DNA of 63,627 nt, counting the filler, from Pirum gemmata (taxonomy: Eukaryota): the NCBI GenBank assembly GCA_002812295.1. It is 19 parts of 19 records of this genome, joined end to end, with 100 filler letters (N's around TTAATTAATTAA, not from the genome) between each part and the next. Parts side by side here need not be neighbours in the genome. Positions count along the whole stretch, not along the records: positions 24,549 to 27,741 come from PDIN01003175.1; positions 27,842 to 31,063 come from PDIN01003176.1; positions 31,164 to 34,366 come from PDIN01003177.1; positions 34,467 to 37,636 come from PDIN01003178.1; 15 more parts are not named here. The stretch is one strand, 5' to 3'. Both the position numbers and the translations under genes were made by a program. Positions 24,616 through 37,565 of the stretch are shown one piece after another. The notes below the pieces were generated by a model, which saw only the letters and a program-made list of their open reading frames with translations, ran no database searches and was not told the DNA's origin. How positions within the stretch are numbered: position 1 is the first letter of the stretch; every line of letters begins with the position of its first letter.

Positions 24616-25557
24616 CGATGAGTCATCGATTAATATTATTTTCTTTTTTAGTATTTTTCAGTTATATATTTGGCGTCTAAGAGCTCGTCTAAGATATATA
24701 AAATTGAACATATGAATTAATTAATATTTAGAGATCCAAATAGGGAGTGTGGTGTAATAGAGAATTATATCATAACAACTAGAAAAGTGTTATAATTAAG
24801 GTAAATAATATTAGCAGGAATATTTGGGTTGTGTTATTTATATAACATGTTTTTCTTTTTTTATAAATTTAAAAATTATTTAACTTTAATAATTAACTCC
24901 CTTCCATCTTTTTCTAACAGCACCAACGAGTGCCTAAGCCTAAGCCTAAGCCTGAGTCTAAGCCTCATTCCAATCCTCGTTCTAACACTAACACTAACAG
25001 TAACACTAACACTAACACTAACACTAACGAGTACTAACGCCCTACTCTATAAATATATTAATATTATATTTGTCCCAATTTTAACCGTAATCGTCACCTT
25101 AAACCTAAACTCTAACCCGAACAACCCTTCCCCATCCCTATCTAACAGCACCTAATTATAACCTTTCAACTTTAATAACCATAATTCTGATCCTTATCAC
25201 AATCATCATCCTGACCCTACCCCTACCTCTACCTTTTCCCCTACCCCTAGTAGTCCCTAATCGCAATCCCTAACCCTAACGCTAACCCTAACTAGTTTCC
25301 TAACCCCAACTCTAACCCTAATATCTTAACCTTAAGCTTAATCTTAATCTTAACACTTCTTATTAATAACCCTCCTTCTTAACCCTAACTCTAACTTTAA
25401 ATTACCCTAATCAATAATAAAGTACTAATCGGCCAATCTTGGCCTTTTAAAACCGCCTCTAACATTCTTTAACCTACATAAAATTAGATTCTCTTCGCAC
25501 TCTTATCACTCTTCTGATGTTGATTTACCGGTAGATGTTCACAGCTTGTTCACATTA

Positions 25558-25743
25558 GGGAACATTCATTAATGACGCCACTTTTTTGAAAATATCCTTT
25601 TTCGAGATTTCCATTTTAAGTTAATGGCTTAGATCGCAATCTGAAAACTTGGTTTTCAACACTTTTCAACTGATAGGGTCAGAAAGTGGTGAGGGGTGGG
25701 GGGTCTGTGGTGTTTTATGATGACGTCGTTAATGAATGTTTCT
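25558..25743. mobile_element. PIF/Harbinger-type MITE family B; decayed fragment ~51159-51255
   Basis: TIR GGGAACATTCATTAATGACG...CGTCGTTAATGAATGTTTC, preceded by TTA. Confidence 0.7.
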
Positions 25744-25902
25744 GTATACTCCTGTATCATAATATCGTGTTTTTCAATAGTGCAAAAAACGTTCCAAATT
25801 ATATATTATGGTTTAAACTATCAGACTTAATACTTAATGGTTTGTTTTATTAACAAGTTCAATTATTATACGATTAATAAATAGCACCAAATTAAAGACT
25901 GA

Positions 25903-26094
25903 GAGAACAACTGCAAGGAAATAGACGATGCTTAGTTCCAAGTATACTTTACAACACACACACTAATTCTCAGCACAAATTGTATAACACTCTTTAGCTG
26001 CGAGAACAACTGCAAGGAAATAGACGATGCCTAGTTCCAATGTATACTTTACAACACACATACTAATTCTCAGCAACACAAATTGTATAACACT
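25903..26094. repeat. ~99-bp tandem duplication within a dispersed repeat also seen at ~54690-54890 and ~38560-38715
   Basis: gagaacaactgcaaggaaatagacgatgc...aaattgtataacactc occurs twice. The blocks actatcaga, acaag.tcaattat and ccaaatt..aaaga are shared with the other sites. Confidence 0.7.
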
Positions 26095-26608
26095 CGGTTA
26101 CACTCCCGTTAGAGGATAACTGAACATTAATTAAGCAGAGTTCAAAAATATCAGGTGTTATGATATTTTATTTATTTATTTTAACATCTAAGCCGGATAA
26201 AACTATAGAACTTCTTTTCTAAAAACCTTTTTAAATTGATAACTAGCCAAATCCTTTTTAAAAACTAGCCATTGGTTCATAATAAAGTTTTCTTAGTTAG
26301 AAGATTCCTCAGAAATTTGGTAGTACTTTCATTAAAACTGTATCATTTTGAGATTTTTTGTATTTTTTGAACTCATATGGCGGATGTCACCATTTTTATC
26401 CGGCTTAAAAAAAAATCTCTCCTGATTTCTCTTTCTATGATAATTATTATGTTCAACAAAATTTAATACTACGCAACGCCAATTTCCAGTCTAATACAGC
26501 TTCAAATACCCCTATCTACTTTCCGCTCGACGTTAATTTCCGGTCAAATACCACCTACCTACCTATCCCTTGACGTGACGTATTATATAATATATTATGA
26601 TAAAAAAA

Positions 26609-26641
<33 letters not shown>

Positions 26642-26762
26642 AATGTCTGATCAAAAAAAAATCGTCAAAAAAATTACCAAAAATAGAATATATCACTAAA
26701 TATTTCGACCATTTTTGAAACATTATTCCAAATATAGATATAAAATTATTTCTTTTTTTTAT

Positions 26763-26826
<64 letters not shown>

Positions 26827-27195
26827 NNNNNNNNNNNNNNNNNNNNNNNNNNNNNNNNNNNNNNNNNNNNNNNNNNNNNNNNNNNNNNNNNNNNNNNATA
26901 TATATTATAATAAAATATACCAAATTAAATGAAATGGATTTATATTATATTAATTTGGTACTTTTTATTGTATATTTTATGATAACAAAAAAAGTGAAAA
27001 GCACGATAGAAACCTCCAGAACTTGGAACTTCCTTTTTTTGACGAATAAAATTTCTTTTTTATAAAAATAGGTACAAGATAATCCAAAATCCATCCAATT
27101 AAATTTTTCAATCATAATTTTTTTAAAGACTTACTTGACACAGATTGACACTATTGGTCTAAAATTTGTTCAAGTTTGAAGTCTCTAGTACTAGT

Positions 27196-27417
27196 AGGTT
27201 CTCCCAATTCTGCTTTATTTAAAAATCGAGTTTTCGAGCCTTATATTAGTTAAATAAGTCCGAAAATTTTAAGCTAATAGTTACATATTCAAGTATATTT
27301 ATTTATTTATAAACCTGAAAAAATTTAAAGAATAATTTTCGAACAGGACTGAATTTTGGCTTTTTTTTCGATAGCAGAAATTCGAGCTTTCCGGATCGAG
27401 CAAAATTGGGAGAGGCT
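27196..27417 (-). mobile_element. ~220-bp MITE with AGGC(C/T)TCTCCCAATTCTGCT TIR; copies 33226-33432, 33795-34006, 43040-43265, 43261-43481, 46412-46610
   Basis: TIRs plus a highly similar internal sequence in six or more copies. Confidence 0.88.
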
Positions 27418-27902
27418 TAGTCTCTAGCTAGGAGTCTCTAGGACCTCTAGGTGCAAGTCTTAGGATCCAAGTCTATATCTCCAGGATCATGCCTCGGTTG
27501 CTTAGTGCTGGGAGAGTCTTCTGGGAGCCAACATTGAAAATATTCCAAACTTTTTTATAAACATTTTGTAATTGGTTGATTTTTGGGATCCTGGGTAATA
27601 TTGCCAACTTGGTTTGGTTTGGGTTTGGTTGGGTTTGGTTTGGGTTTGGTTTGGGTTTCGTTTGGTTTGGTTTGGTTTGGTTTGGTAGTGTTTGGTTTGG
27701 TTTGGTTTGGTTTTGTTTTGTTTTGTTTTGTTTTGTTTTGTNNNNNNNNNNNNNNNNNNNNNNNNNNNNNNNNNNNNNNNNNNNNTTAATTAATTAANNN
27801 NNNNNNNNNNNNNNNNNNNNNNNNNNNNNNNNNNNNNNNNNATCTTGAATTAATGTCTCAATTACTCTTTATTATTGTTATTATTACATATTTTTAACCT
27901 AG

Positions 27903-28567
27903 GTATATGTTGGGGTATAATTATGCCGGTGACTACTTTTATCCCTTTTTACTTTAAAAAATTAAAGTACGCCTGGCCTTTAATGTTTAAAATTCACGTT
28001 GGACTGGCGGTACTCGCCTTTTGTGGTAGTATTATTGGATTTGCTCTGATTGTTTCATATAGAAAAAGTCATTTTGATATTCCTCATTCTATTGTTGGTT
28101 TAGTAATTGTTATTTTAAGTGTTATACAAATAATTAATGGGTTCGCACGTCCAAATAAATCAACAACTTCTTCCACAACCACCACAAATAAATATAGTAA
28201 CAATAATATGGTTAAAGTAAAAACAATTTTGGCAAAAATTTGGAAATATGTACATCGTTTCTTTGGTAGAGCTTCTCTCATATTAACTATTTATGCCATT
28301 TACTCTGGTTTAAATTTATTTGCTAAATTTTTAGCTTCTACTATTGCGACTAATAAAGTAAAAATTGCGTTGTGGGTTTGGACTGGGTTTTTGATTTTAC
28401 TTTGGTTTACTGGCTCCTTGTTTAAAGTTTTACGGAAACCAAACAGAGATAGTAGAGTAAATACCGGAAAACTAGCGCCAGTTTCTAGTCTGAATAATGC
28501 TTTGCTTAATAGTAAATTTAATAATGATAACAGCAATAGTATAAATTCTAGTACAACTACTGCATAA
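27903..28567 (+). CDS. Terminal exon encoding a cytochrome b561 (DOMON-associated type) transmembrane domain
   Basis: After acceptor CCTAG the exon reads GICWGIIMP...FKIHV...HSIVG...QIINGFARP...WKYVHRFFGR. It has conserved heme His residues and 5 hydrophobic helices. The 5' part is lost at the contig edge. Confidence 0.85.
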
Positions 28568-29619
28568 TGCTTCCACCACTACTTACTAATTCAAGATTAC
28601 ATCATCATAATATTTGATAATTTCGTTTTTTAGTATTTACTATTGCTTCACGCAGTAATGTATATAATAATAGTTCTAATGCAAGCACAACTACTAGTAA
28701 TTTTAGCATCACTAATGCGTAATATCAAGACTACTACAAATGCCAGATTACTTGATCTTAATATATGCTTTTTAAATGGTAGATTTAAAATTGTCACTGT
28801 CTCTAGTATTAACTATTAATTCACACATCAATACCTATAATAATAGTAAATTTCAGCGCAACTACTGCATATTAGGCTTCGTTGTTGTAGTTGTGTGTTA
28901 ATCTTAAGCAAAAAGACTCCAGTTTGAAAATAAATATTATTAAAGCCTCATAATTACTTAAGTTAGAAAAACCTCAAAAACGAGAAAAAAATGTTCGATA
29001 CGCTAAATAAAATGGATTCCCAGTGCTGTTAAAAACATTCGGAGAATATGTAACTCTCAAGACTCCAAGCTAGTATTATTACTGTGTATTTTCTTTATCG
29101 TGAAAATTGCTTTGATTGATTTTTTTGATTGTACTTTGATCTATTGATGTTTTATTTTTATGATTATTTTAAAATAATAAATGTTAATGACAAATTGTAT
29201 TTTATTAATAAAAACTACGTATAGTAATAATAATATTAGCTTTTCTAGCTATCTGGTTTATTTTTGTGATTATGTTTATAAATATATTGATGTGTATTAA
29301 TATGATTACTCTCTTTCTCTAAGGAAAACAATAACTTGTATTTTCAGGTTTACTAAATATTTTAAAAAATATCTAAATGATTTTAAAAGGAAACAAGTAT
29401 GAAATTTATGGAATTAACCAATCAAAACCAGATTATATAGATGTATGCCATATTATTATATTTTTTAAAAAAAAAGTTTTTTTAAAAAAATAACTGTTGA
29501 TGTCTCTATTTTTTTATTGGTTCAAATGTTTATATTGTATAATGTTTGATTTAAAAGTTAATGTTTATTAATATGTTTTTATTGATTTATAATTATAATT
29601 ATATTATTTATTTTATTAT

Positions 29620-30378
29620 CTGTTTATATATCTCTTTTTGTATTGGTCTATTCCAACGTTTACTAATTTCAACATATCTGCGATTCTGCATATATTAGTG
29701 TTTTAATTTATTTTTATTTTCTTTTTTATATAGTCCATTTACAGGTAATATTTCATTTTTATATCGATGTATGAAAATGGCGTTTGTAATTGGTATTTGT
29801 TACTATTTCTCTTTTTCTATTGATAACAATTTGTAGGCTTGCTATATATTACTTTTAAAATGTTTAAATTATATTTTTATGAATTTTATTGGTTTATGAT
29901 TATCTTAGTTTATAATAATTTCAGCTAATAACGATATAGTTCATTTACAGTCCCAGACGGTGGAAAGTATTTAGCAAATTTTGGACCAAAAAAATTCTCA
30001 GGAATAAAAGGAACAAATATGAAATTGTTGAATTTATAAACACAACCAACGTTAATTAACCATCCAGTATCGGTCATATTTTGATTGGGTAATTTCGTAT
30101 GAATAATTGATATCTAGATCTGTTAATATCTTTCTTTTTTGTTGATAACGATATAAAGTCCATGTCCAGGAGAATCTCTTGGTGTGCGTGTAAGTATTAT
30201 TTACACACTATTTACACCCAGATACCGGAAAGTAATTGGAAAATTTAAGACCAAAACAAATTATCGGGAGTAAAAATGAACAAAACTTTAATATGAAATT
30301 GCTGAATCAACCAAACAACAAACAGTGTTAATTTGCCATCCGTATTGGATATATTTTGATTGAGCACTTGCGTAGTAA
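29620..30378 (-). pseudogene. Three progressively decayed tandem copies of the tyrosinase 3' exon
   Basis: Segments ~30106-30378, ~29920-30105 and ~29620-29730 align with 30382-30634 but carry indels and stops. Confidence 0.8.
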
Positions 30379-30381
30379 TAA

Positions 30382-30749
30382 TTAATATCTGTTAATATCT
30401 CTCTTTTTTTGTTGATAACGATAAAGTCCATTTCCAGGCTTACTAAATTTCAAAATATCGGCATGTGTATAACTATTATTTGCACCAGATGCTGGAAAGT
30501 ATTTGGCAAATTTTGGACCAAACAAATTTTCAGGAGTAAAAGGGAACAAATATGAAATTGTTGAATTAACCAACCAGCAACCTACATTAATTGGCCATCC
30601 AGTATTGGACATATTTTGATTGGGTAATTTCGTAGGAAATTCCCATAAAACGTCATCTCGAGCAAAGGTCTTATTGTGGTGTAACGCATTTTTTTGCCAG
30701 TTTTGATTGTTTCGATCGATGTTGGTATGATGGAAAGGGAAAATAGGAT
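30382..30749 (-). CDS. Terminal exon of a tyrosinase / type-3 copper protein (CuB site)
   Basis: After acceptor CAG the exon reads DPIFPFHHTNIDRNNQNWQ..., matching the DPxFxxHHxxxD CuB signature, and ends with the conserved YxY motif (LYRY). Confidence 0.85.
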
Positions 30750-32171
30750 CTGGTTTTAGTTGTCATTGTTAAAATAAAGAAAAATTAGTAAGAACTTGCA
30801 AAAATTTTAAAAAAAAGTTTAATATTTTGTAAAACATTAAAATCGATATTGGTCTGATATGACAAAAAAATAAGTTAAAAAAAATTAAAATTTTAATATT
30901 TTTTTTAAAATATTAAAAACGATATTGGTATGATATGAAAAAAGAATTAAACTACAAAATTAAAAAATTTAAAAAATTAAAATTTTAGTTTTTATGGTGG
31001 AAGTAGAAAATAGGATCTGGTTGTAGTAGTAGCGATAAAAATTAATAATTTGAAATTATTTATNNNNNNNNNNNNNNNNNNNNNNNNNNNNNNNNNNNNN
31101 NNNNNNNTTAATTAATTAANNNNNNNNNNNNNNNNNNNNNNNNNNNNNNNNNNNNNNNNNNNNTTGATGATTGATGATTGATGATTGATGATTGATTATT
31201 GATTATTGATGATTGATGATTATTTTTAGTATTAATCAAAGTAATAACAAAATCAGAAAAACTAATCAAATCAATTTAGTTTTGGCATTCGCTATAGCTT
31301 GTCACCTTGTCAATTCAGAAGAAACCGTTTGTAATAAATATTTTGATTATGTAAGTTTTTACATAATTAGTATTAATACACTATTAATACTCGCATTAGT
31401 AAAAGTAATAAAAACAAAGTTTGATCTGGACTCTAGTCCCCCGTGGGAAATTTATTATATTAATAATAATTTATGATTTAGTACATAATAAAAAAGACTC
31501 TATATAATATATTATATATATGTTATATATAATTAATGCATATTATTTAAAAATTATATTAATATATGGATATTTTAAAAATAAATAATATCATGAATCA
31601 TGATAACTATATTTATATATATAGCAAATTTTTGGTTATTTTCGAGTATTCGAGTATATATACCGGTAATAAATGAAAAGCACGATAACTATCTGATAGT
31701 ATAACTATCCTAGTCTAGCTAGCTATCATAAGCTACTAGATAGATATATCGTGCTTTTCATTTATTTTGTCACTCTAAATATTTATTTGGAGGGTTATAA
31801 TATTTAAATTGACATTTTTAAATCAATAAATAAATAACAAAATATACCAAAATAATATATTATATCAAATGGATTTATATATTGTATTTATTTGGTACTA
31901 TAAATATAATATTGTATATTTTATTTATGATGACAAAACAACGGAAAAGCACTACTAGAGTGACTAGACTACCCAGTATTAGTGACTGTAGGTATCATAG
32001 TGACAGTCTATCATTCATACTTTTTAATGTCGAAGATATTATCTATATATAGATGACATAAATTCGTGATAATTATTATAATAAATAAGAACGCCAATAT
32101 TTACTAATAAACTAATAATACTAATAATACAGTATTACTACAGACTAATACTATTCTAATACTGAATAGGT

Positions 32172-32763
32172 GGAGCAGGGGTGAGATATCTACTGGAACT
32201 TTTTTCGAACAGATGCTTATAGAGCCAACCTTAGTTCCAAGTTTCTTACTAATAATGACAGGTAAATAGCTTAAAATAGTAAATTTAATTATAAAGATAC
32301 TAATTAAAGTAATAATGCTAACATTAATAGTGATAAAAACCATAAAATCAGAAAAGTTCCGGCAGCTGCTCGGTAATAATAAAATGACGTCATCTCACCC
32401 TACTCTTGGTTACTTATTTACCGATTAGGGAAGTATGTATTGTGGTATTACCGTATTAGTAATGGCAGAATACCGGTAATGGTATATCGTATTACTGGTA
32501 CCGGTATATAATACTGGTATATAATAGGAGGGGTGAGAACTCTTATGGCGAACTTTTTTGACGAGGCACAAAGTAAATGTTGCTCGCCTGTTTCGCCTTA
32601 CCATATTTAGTATTTGTAATTATTTATTTAGTAGCTACTTATTTTAGTAGTTACTTTAAAAAGAGTTTATTATACTATTTATAGTAACTTTAGGCAAATT
32701 TCTGGAAGTTCGCCGGTCCGGTCCGAGCATCCAATTAGTAAGATGACGTCATCTCATCCCTCC
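32172..32763. mobile_element. Two adjacent related MITEs (~32172-32405, ~32528-32763) with GAG(C/G)..GGTGAGA...ATCTCA(C/T)CC TIRs; a third end at 14641
   Basis: Inverted ends and the shared terminal block atgacgtcatctca.cc. Confidence 0.65.
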
Positions 32764-33567
32764 TATTGAATAGGCAAATTTTGCATTCTTTTTTTCATTT
32801 TTTTTGTTTTTTTGTTTTTTTTTTTGTTTTTTCTTACCCAATCAATCCAGTGCCCATGCTCACATATGGTAGAAACCGCCTACAAACGACCTACTTTTTT
32901 GAAAAAAATATATCATAGTGATTTTCACAAAAAGATGAGACTGATTCGATGTCTTCGAACATTATAAATACTATTACTTATGCTTGAGAATTCGATCTAG
33001 CTCGAACATTTTCTTTAGTTCGAGCTTATGTAAAGTTGCTCGAAACTTTTGATGATCATTAACTCGAACATTCGATCACATGTTCTAATATTTTCAATCA
33101 TAAGTAGTCTAATATATTCGAAAATATCGAATATGTACAAAAAAAAGATGAGAATTTTAATTAGAAAAAAAAGATGGACGTTTTTAGGCTATGTATAGAG
33201 AAGGTAAACCTCTCAACCAGGTAAACCTCTCCCAATTCTGCTCGAGCCCGAAAACTCAAATTTCTGCTGTCGAAAAAAAAAAGCCGAAATTCAGCCTCTG
33301 TTCGAAAATTATTTTTTCCATTATTTTTGGGGGGGGTTATAAATAAATAAATATATTTGAATACTTAATTGTAAGCTAAAATTTTCGAACTTATTTAATT
33401 AATAAATAGGCTTGAAAACTTCGATTAGAAGCCTAGCTAGCGGACTGCCTGCTGGTGGGTGGTGGGAGTGGTGGGCATACCTGAATTTTTCGGCTTTATT
33501 TCAGACTTATTACTGGTTTACGAGACTGTAATAAAAGTAAAAATAATTGAAAAAAAGCCAATAGTAG

Positions 33568-33712
33568 GGGAGTGTTCCAATACTACATAACGCCAATTTC
33601 CGGTCAAATACAGCTTCAAATACCCCTACCTACCTACCCCTTGACGTTAATTCCCAGTCAAATACCGCCTACCTACCTACCCCTTGACGTGATGTATTAT
33701 TTGAACACTCCC
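33568..33712 (+). mobile_element. PIF/Harbinger-type MITE family A, intact; further copies ~26466-26586, ~42700-42832, ~51541-51669 (-), ~51720-51871 (-)
   Basis: TIR GGGAGTGTTC.AATA.TAC...GTATTATTTGAACACTCCC with 3-bp TAG duplication and an internal ~50-bp direct repeat. Confidence 0.88.
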
Positions 33713-34497
33713 TAGTCCAATAGTCCTAGTCTAAATTATTTTTCAACTCCTTTTGAATCTGATAGGTCTACCAGAGATCTACCAGAGTAACCAGAGCTGC
33801 TCTGTTTGAAAATCGAGTTTTCGAGTCTATGTATTAATTAATAAGTTCGAAATGTTTAAGCTTACAATTAAGTATTCAAATATATTTATTTATTAATAAA
33901 TCCGAAAAATACGAAAAAAATATATTTTTCGAATGGAGCTGAATTTTTGCTTTTTTTTGACAGCAGAAATTTGAGTTTTCGGGTTTGAGTAGAGTTGGGA
34001 GAGCCTAAACCACTCAGGCCTAAACCAGCCTAAACCAGACTCCCTACGATACCAGACTGTTAGAAGTCTGTTAGACTAGGGCTAGGTAGACTGTAGTATT
34101 GTGATACTACATAAATTCTATTCATAATAATAAAAAAAAAAAAGTAAGATTTAGTAATTTAGCTCGCAATAGAAAGTTTTCTCTGAAATTTTTCTTGAAC
34201 ATGTTTTTTTTACATATTTATTTTTTTATTTATTTATTTATTTATTTATTTTTATTTATAAGTAGAGTATGGTAAAACAAAAAATAAATATAAAATGTAT
34301 CATTTATTGTTGAATAAAATAAAAAAAAAATTGTTATTATTTTATTTTTTAATTTTAAATATTATTNNNNNNNNNNNNNNNNNNNNNNNNNNNNNNNNNN
34401 NNNNNNNNNNTTAATTAATTAANNNNNNNNNNNNNNNNNNNNNNNNNNNNNNNNNNNNNNNNNNNNATTATTATCATTATTATTATCATTATTATTA

Positions 34498-34537
<40 letters not shown>

Positions 34538-34543
34538 GTATAG

Positions 34544-34650
34544 GTTCCTCCACTTATTGTTGCTTCCAAAGGAGGTGATTTAGATTTAGTAAAACAATTG
34601 TTTTTGTTTGAAAACGATAACGTTAATAAACAAGATGAATTTATTTATAC
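34544..34650 (+). pseudogene. Single ankyrin-repeat exon fragment interrupted by a repeat element
   Basis: After TAG the frame reads VPPLIVASKGGDLDLVKQLFLFENDNVNKQDEF. The following 34650-34790 matches the reverse of the element at ~54290-54522. Confidence 0.6.
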
Positions 34651-35099
34651 AGGGAGATACGGGAAAACATAATTGAACCAAACAGCTCGATTATATTAAA
34701 TAGTGACAATTCTGAAATGGTATTCTTTTTTTTTTCGACTTTCAAGTTTTTTCTATGAAATTTCTAAGAATTTTAAGAATTTTTTAATATAATAATATAA
34801 TAATGATAATAATTATAATCATAAAAATAATATTAATAAAATATACGGTGATACCAAACAACTTTATTTACAGTAAAATGTACGAGGGAAACAGTTTTAT
34901 TACTACCAACATTTCATATACTCTTTAATTATTTACAGTAAATCTTACGGGGGGAAACAGTATTGCGACCTTTATTACTACCACAATTTTATACTCTTTT
35001 TTTTTGTTTTTTTTGTATTACAGCTATTACAAACCATGTAGTTGACAATATAAAGTAAAAGTAAATCAACTCTTTTATACAAAAAAATAAGGATAGTAT

Positions 35100-37565
35100 T
35101 TATAACTTATTGCGTTTAGCTGGCCCATGGTCGTTTACTTCAATATCATTAGAACGCCTTCGTTTATTATTCATAGGTGTATTTTTTAAAAAATCCAAAC
35201 ACTCCTGTTTATCGTAAAGATCAGTAATCATTAAGGCTGTATCCCCGTCTTTATCTTTTATGGAAGGATCAGCACCAGCTGTAATCAAGTTTTTCACACA
35301 TATGAGGTTCCCTTTTACTGCAGCTAAACCAAGAGGAGTTAAACCTTCCCAATTGACTTTGTCTAGATCTGCCCCAGCTTTAATTAATGCATTTAAACAT
35401 GACTCATGTCCGTTATTAGTTGCTGCATGTAATGGTGTTTGTCCATCAGCAGCAGCTTTATTTATATCTGCCCCTGCGGAAATTAATTTCTTTAAGCAAT
35501 CTTCTTTACCTTCTTGGGCTGAAAAATAAAGAGGAGTACAACCCCCTGTCGTACATTTATTTACCTCTGCTTTACCATTAATTAACTCATCCAAACAATC
35601 AACATGGCCTATAAAAGCTGCCACATGTAATGATGTACTTTTATTTGCTTGATTTACTTTATCTACCTCCGCTTTAGCTTTGATCAATTCTGTTAAACAA
35701 TTAACATGACCGTTTGCAGCTGCCAAAAAAAGAGGTCCACTATCACTCTTACCATAATCATTTACATCTGCATTTGCTAAAATAAGTTCTTTAACACATT
35801 CTAGTTGCCCTTCCTCGCTCGCAAAAGACAACAAGGTTTGTTCATCGTTTACAAGTATTTTCTTGACATCTGTTTCAGAATTACACAAGATTTTTAGACA
35901 ACGGGCATGACCTATTGCTACTGATTTTTCCAATGTGGTACATTGAGAACAAGCTTCTGGCTTTATTGATTTGTCCCCTAAACTTTGTAATGCATCAACT
36001 ACATCTTGTTGTACTTCTGAACCTTCAGAACACCTTCGTTCATTATTCATTGGTACATTTTTTAAAAAATCCAAACACTCCTGTTTATCGTAAAGTTCAG
36101 CAAGCATTAAGGCTGTATTCCCGTCATCATCTTTTATGGAAGGATCAGCACCAGCTGTAATTAAGTTTTTCACACATACAAGGTTCCCTTCTACTGCAGC
36201 TAAACCAAGAGCAGTTGAACCTTCCCAATCGACCTTGTCTAGATCTGCCCCAGCTTTAATTAATGCATTTAAACATGACTCATGTCCGTTTTCAGCTGCT
36301 ATATGTAATGATGTTTGTTCATCAGCAGCAGCTTTATTTATATCTGCCCCTACTGAAATTAATTTCTTTAAGCAATCTTCTTTACCTTCTTGGGCTGAAA
36401 AATAAAGAGGAGTACAACCCCCTGTCGTACATTTATTTACCTCTGCTTTAGCATTAATTAATTCATTTAAACAATCAACATGCCCTTCATAAGCTGCCTC
36501 ATGTAATGGTGTACTTTTATTTGCTTGATTTACTTTATCTACCTCCGCTTTAGCTTTGATCAACTCTGTTAAACAATTAACATGGCCTTTTTCAGCTGCC
36601 CACAAAAGAGGTCCTTTATTACTCTTACCATAATCATTTACATCTGCATTTGCTAAAATAAGTTCTTTAACACATTCTAGTTGCCCTTCCTCGCTCGCAA
36701 AAGACAACAAGGTTTGTTTATCGTTTACAAGTATTGTGTTGACATCTGTTTCGGAATTACACAAGATTTTTAGACAATGGGAATGACCTAGTTTTACTGA
36801 TTTTTCTAATGTGGTACATTGAGAACAAACTTCTGGCTTTATTGATTTGGCCCCTAAACTTTGCAAGGCATCAACTATATCTTGTTGTACTTTTGAACCT
36901 TTATTTAACTTTTCTGCAAAAGCTAAAGGGCTAAATCCCTCTTGATTAACTAGATTAATAAATGCAATATTTTTAATCAAAGCGTTTATTACCATTCTAT
37001 TTTCTAAAGCAATAGCTACGTGCAACGGAGTATTACCATCATTATCGTAAGTAGAAAAATCAGCACCATATTTAATCAAAGACCTGATAATAGCTACATT
37101 TCCTAATTTAACGGCTTGATGGAGAGAACTTGCGACAGGCTTATCATCACCACCTTTGTTAATGACAAAGCTAACGTTAGGATTAGCTCCATTTTTCAAT
37201 ACTTTTCTAAGAAAGGTTAAGTTTTGATCTTCAATGCATAACTCTACAGCATTTACAACTTTACCATTGCTTTGTATAGAATTGATGTCGAGGTTTACAG
37301 TGGGGTAGTTGGTGGTACCGTTCCTAAACTGTTCGGTGAATATTTTGTGAACATTTTGCTTGAGGGCATTATATTTCTCAATTATTTCGTTTAACCTTGC
37401 AGATTCTTTTACTCGTGTTTCAACTAGAGTAGAATAATCTTTGTAAATAGAATCCCAGTGTTGTTCAATATTGGAACAGTGCTTTATAAAATCGTTTAAT
37501 ATTTCTTCAGAAACATTATTTGAGACAGGGTCATCAGAAGAAGTACGTATATCAATAGTCGTCAT
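35100..37565 (-). CDS. Ankyrin-repeat protein, 821 aa, intronless
   Basis: Many TPLH/xAAxxG ankyrin repeats, an N-terminal helical region, a 292-aa internal duplication and a basic C-terminus. Confidence 0.95.
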   Translation of the reverse strand: MTTIDIRTSSDDPVSNNVSEEILNDFIKHCSNIEQHWDSIYKDYSTLVETRVKESARLNEIIEKYNALKQNVHKIFTEQFRNGTTNYPTVNLDINSIQSNGKVVNAVELCIEDQNLTFLRKVLKNGANPNVSFVINKGGDDKPVASSLHQAVKLGNVAIIRSLIKYGADFSTYDNDGNTPLHVAIALENRMVINALIKNIAFINLVNQEGFSPLAFAEKLNKGSKVQQDIVDALQSLGAKSIKPEVCSQCTTLEKSVKLGHSHCLKILCNSETDVNTILVNDKQTLLSFASEEGQLECVKELILANADVNDYGKSNKGPLLWAAEKGHVNCLTELIKAKAEVDKVNQANKSTPLHEAAYEGHVDCLNELINAKAEVNKCTTGGCTPLYFSAQEGKEDCLKKLISVGADINKAAADEQTSLHIAAENGHESCLNALIKAGADLDKVDWEGSTALGLAAVEGNLVCVKNLITAGADPSIKDDDGNTALMLAELYDKQECLDFLKNVPMNNERRCSEGSEVQQDVVDALQSLGDKSIKPEACSQCTTLEKSVAIGHARCLKILCNSETDVKKILVNDEQTLLSFASEEGQLECVKELILANADVNDYGKSDSGPLFLAAANGHVNCLTELIKAKAEVDKVNQANKSTSLHVAAFIGHVDCLDELINGKAEVNKCTTGGCTPLYFSAQEGKEDCLKKLISAGADINKAAADGQTPLHAATNNGHESCLNALIKAGADLDKVNWEGLTPLGLAAVKGNLICVKNLITAGADPSIKDKDGDTALMITDLYDKQECLDFLKNTPMNNKRRRSNDIEVNDHGPAKRNKL

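Noticed and set aside
27875..30749. Cytochrome b561 plus tyrosinase, and other cross-window gene sets, as a functional cluster
   Set aside because: These two are convergent partial genes with no evidence of linkage in function. All other neighbours are on separate concatenated contigs.
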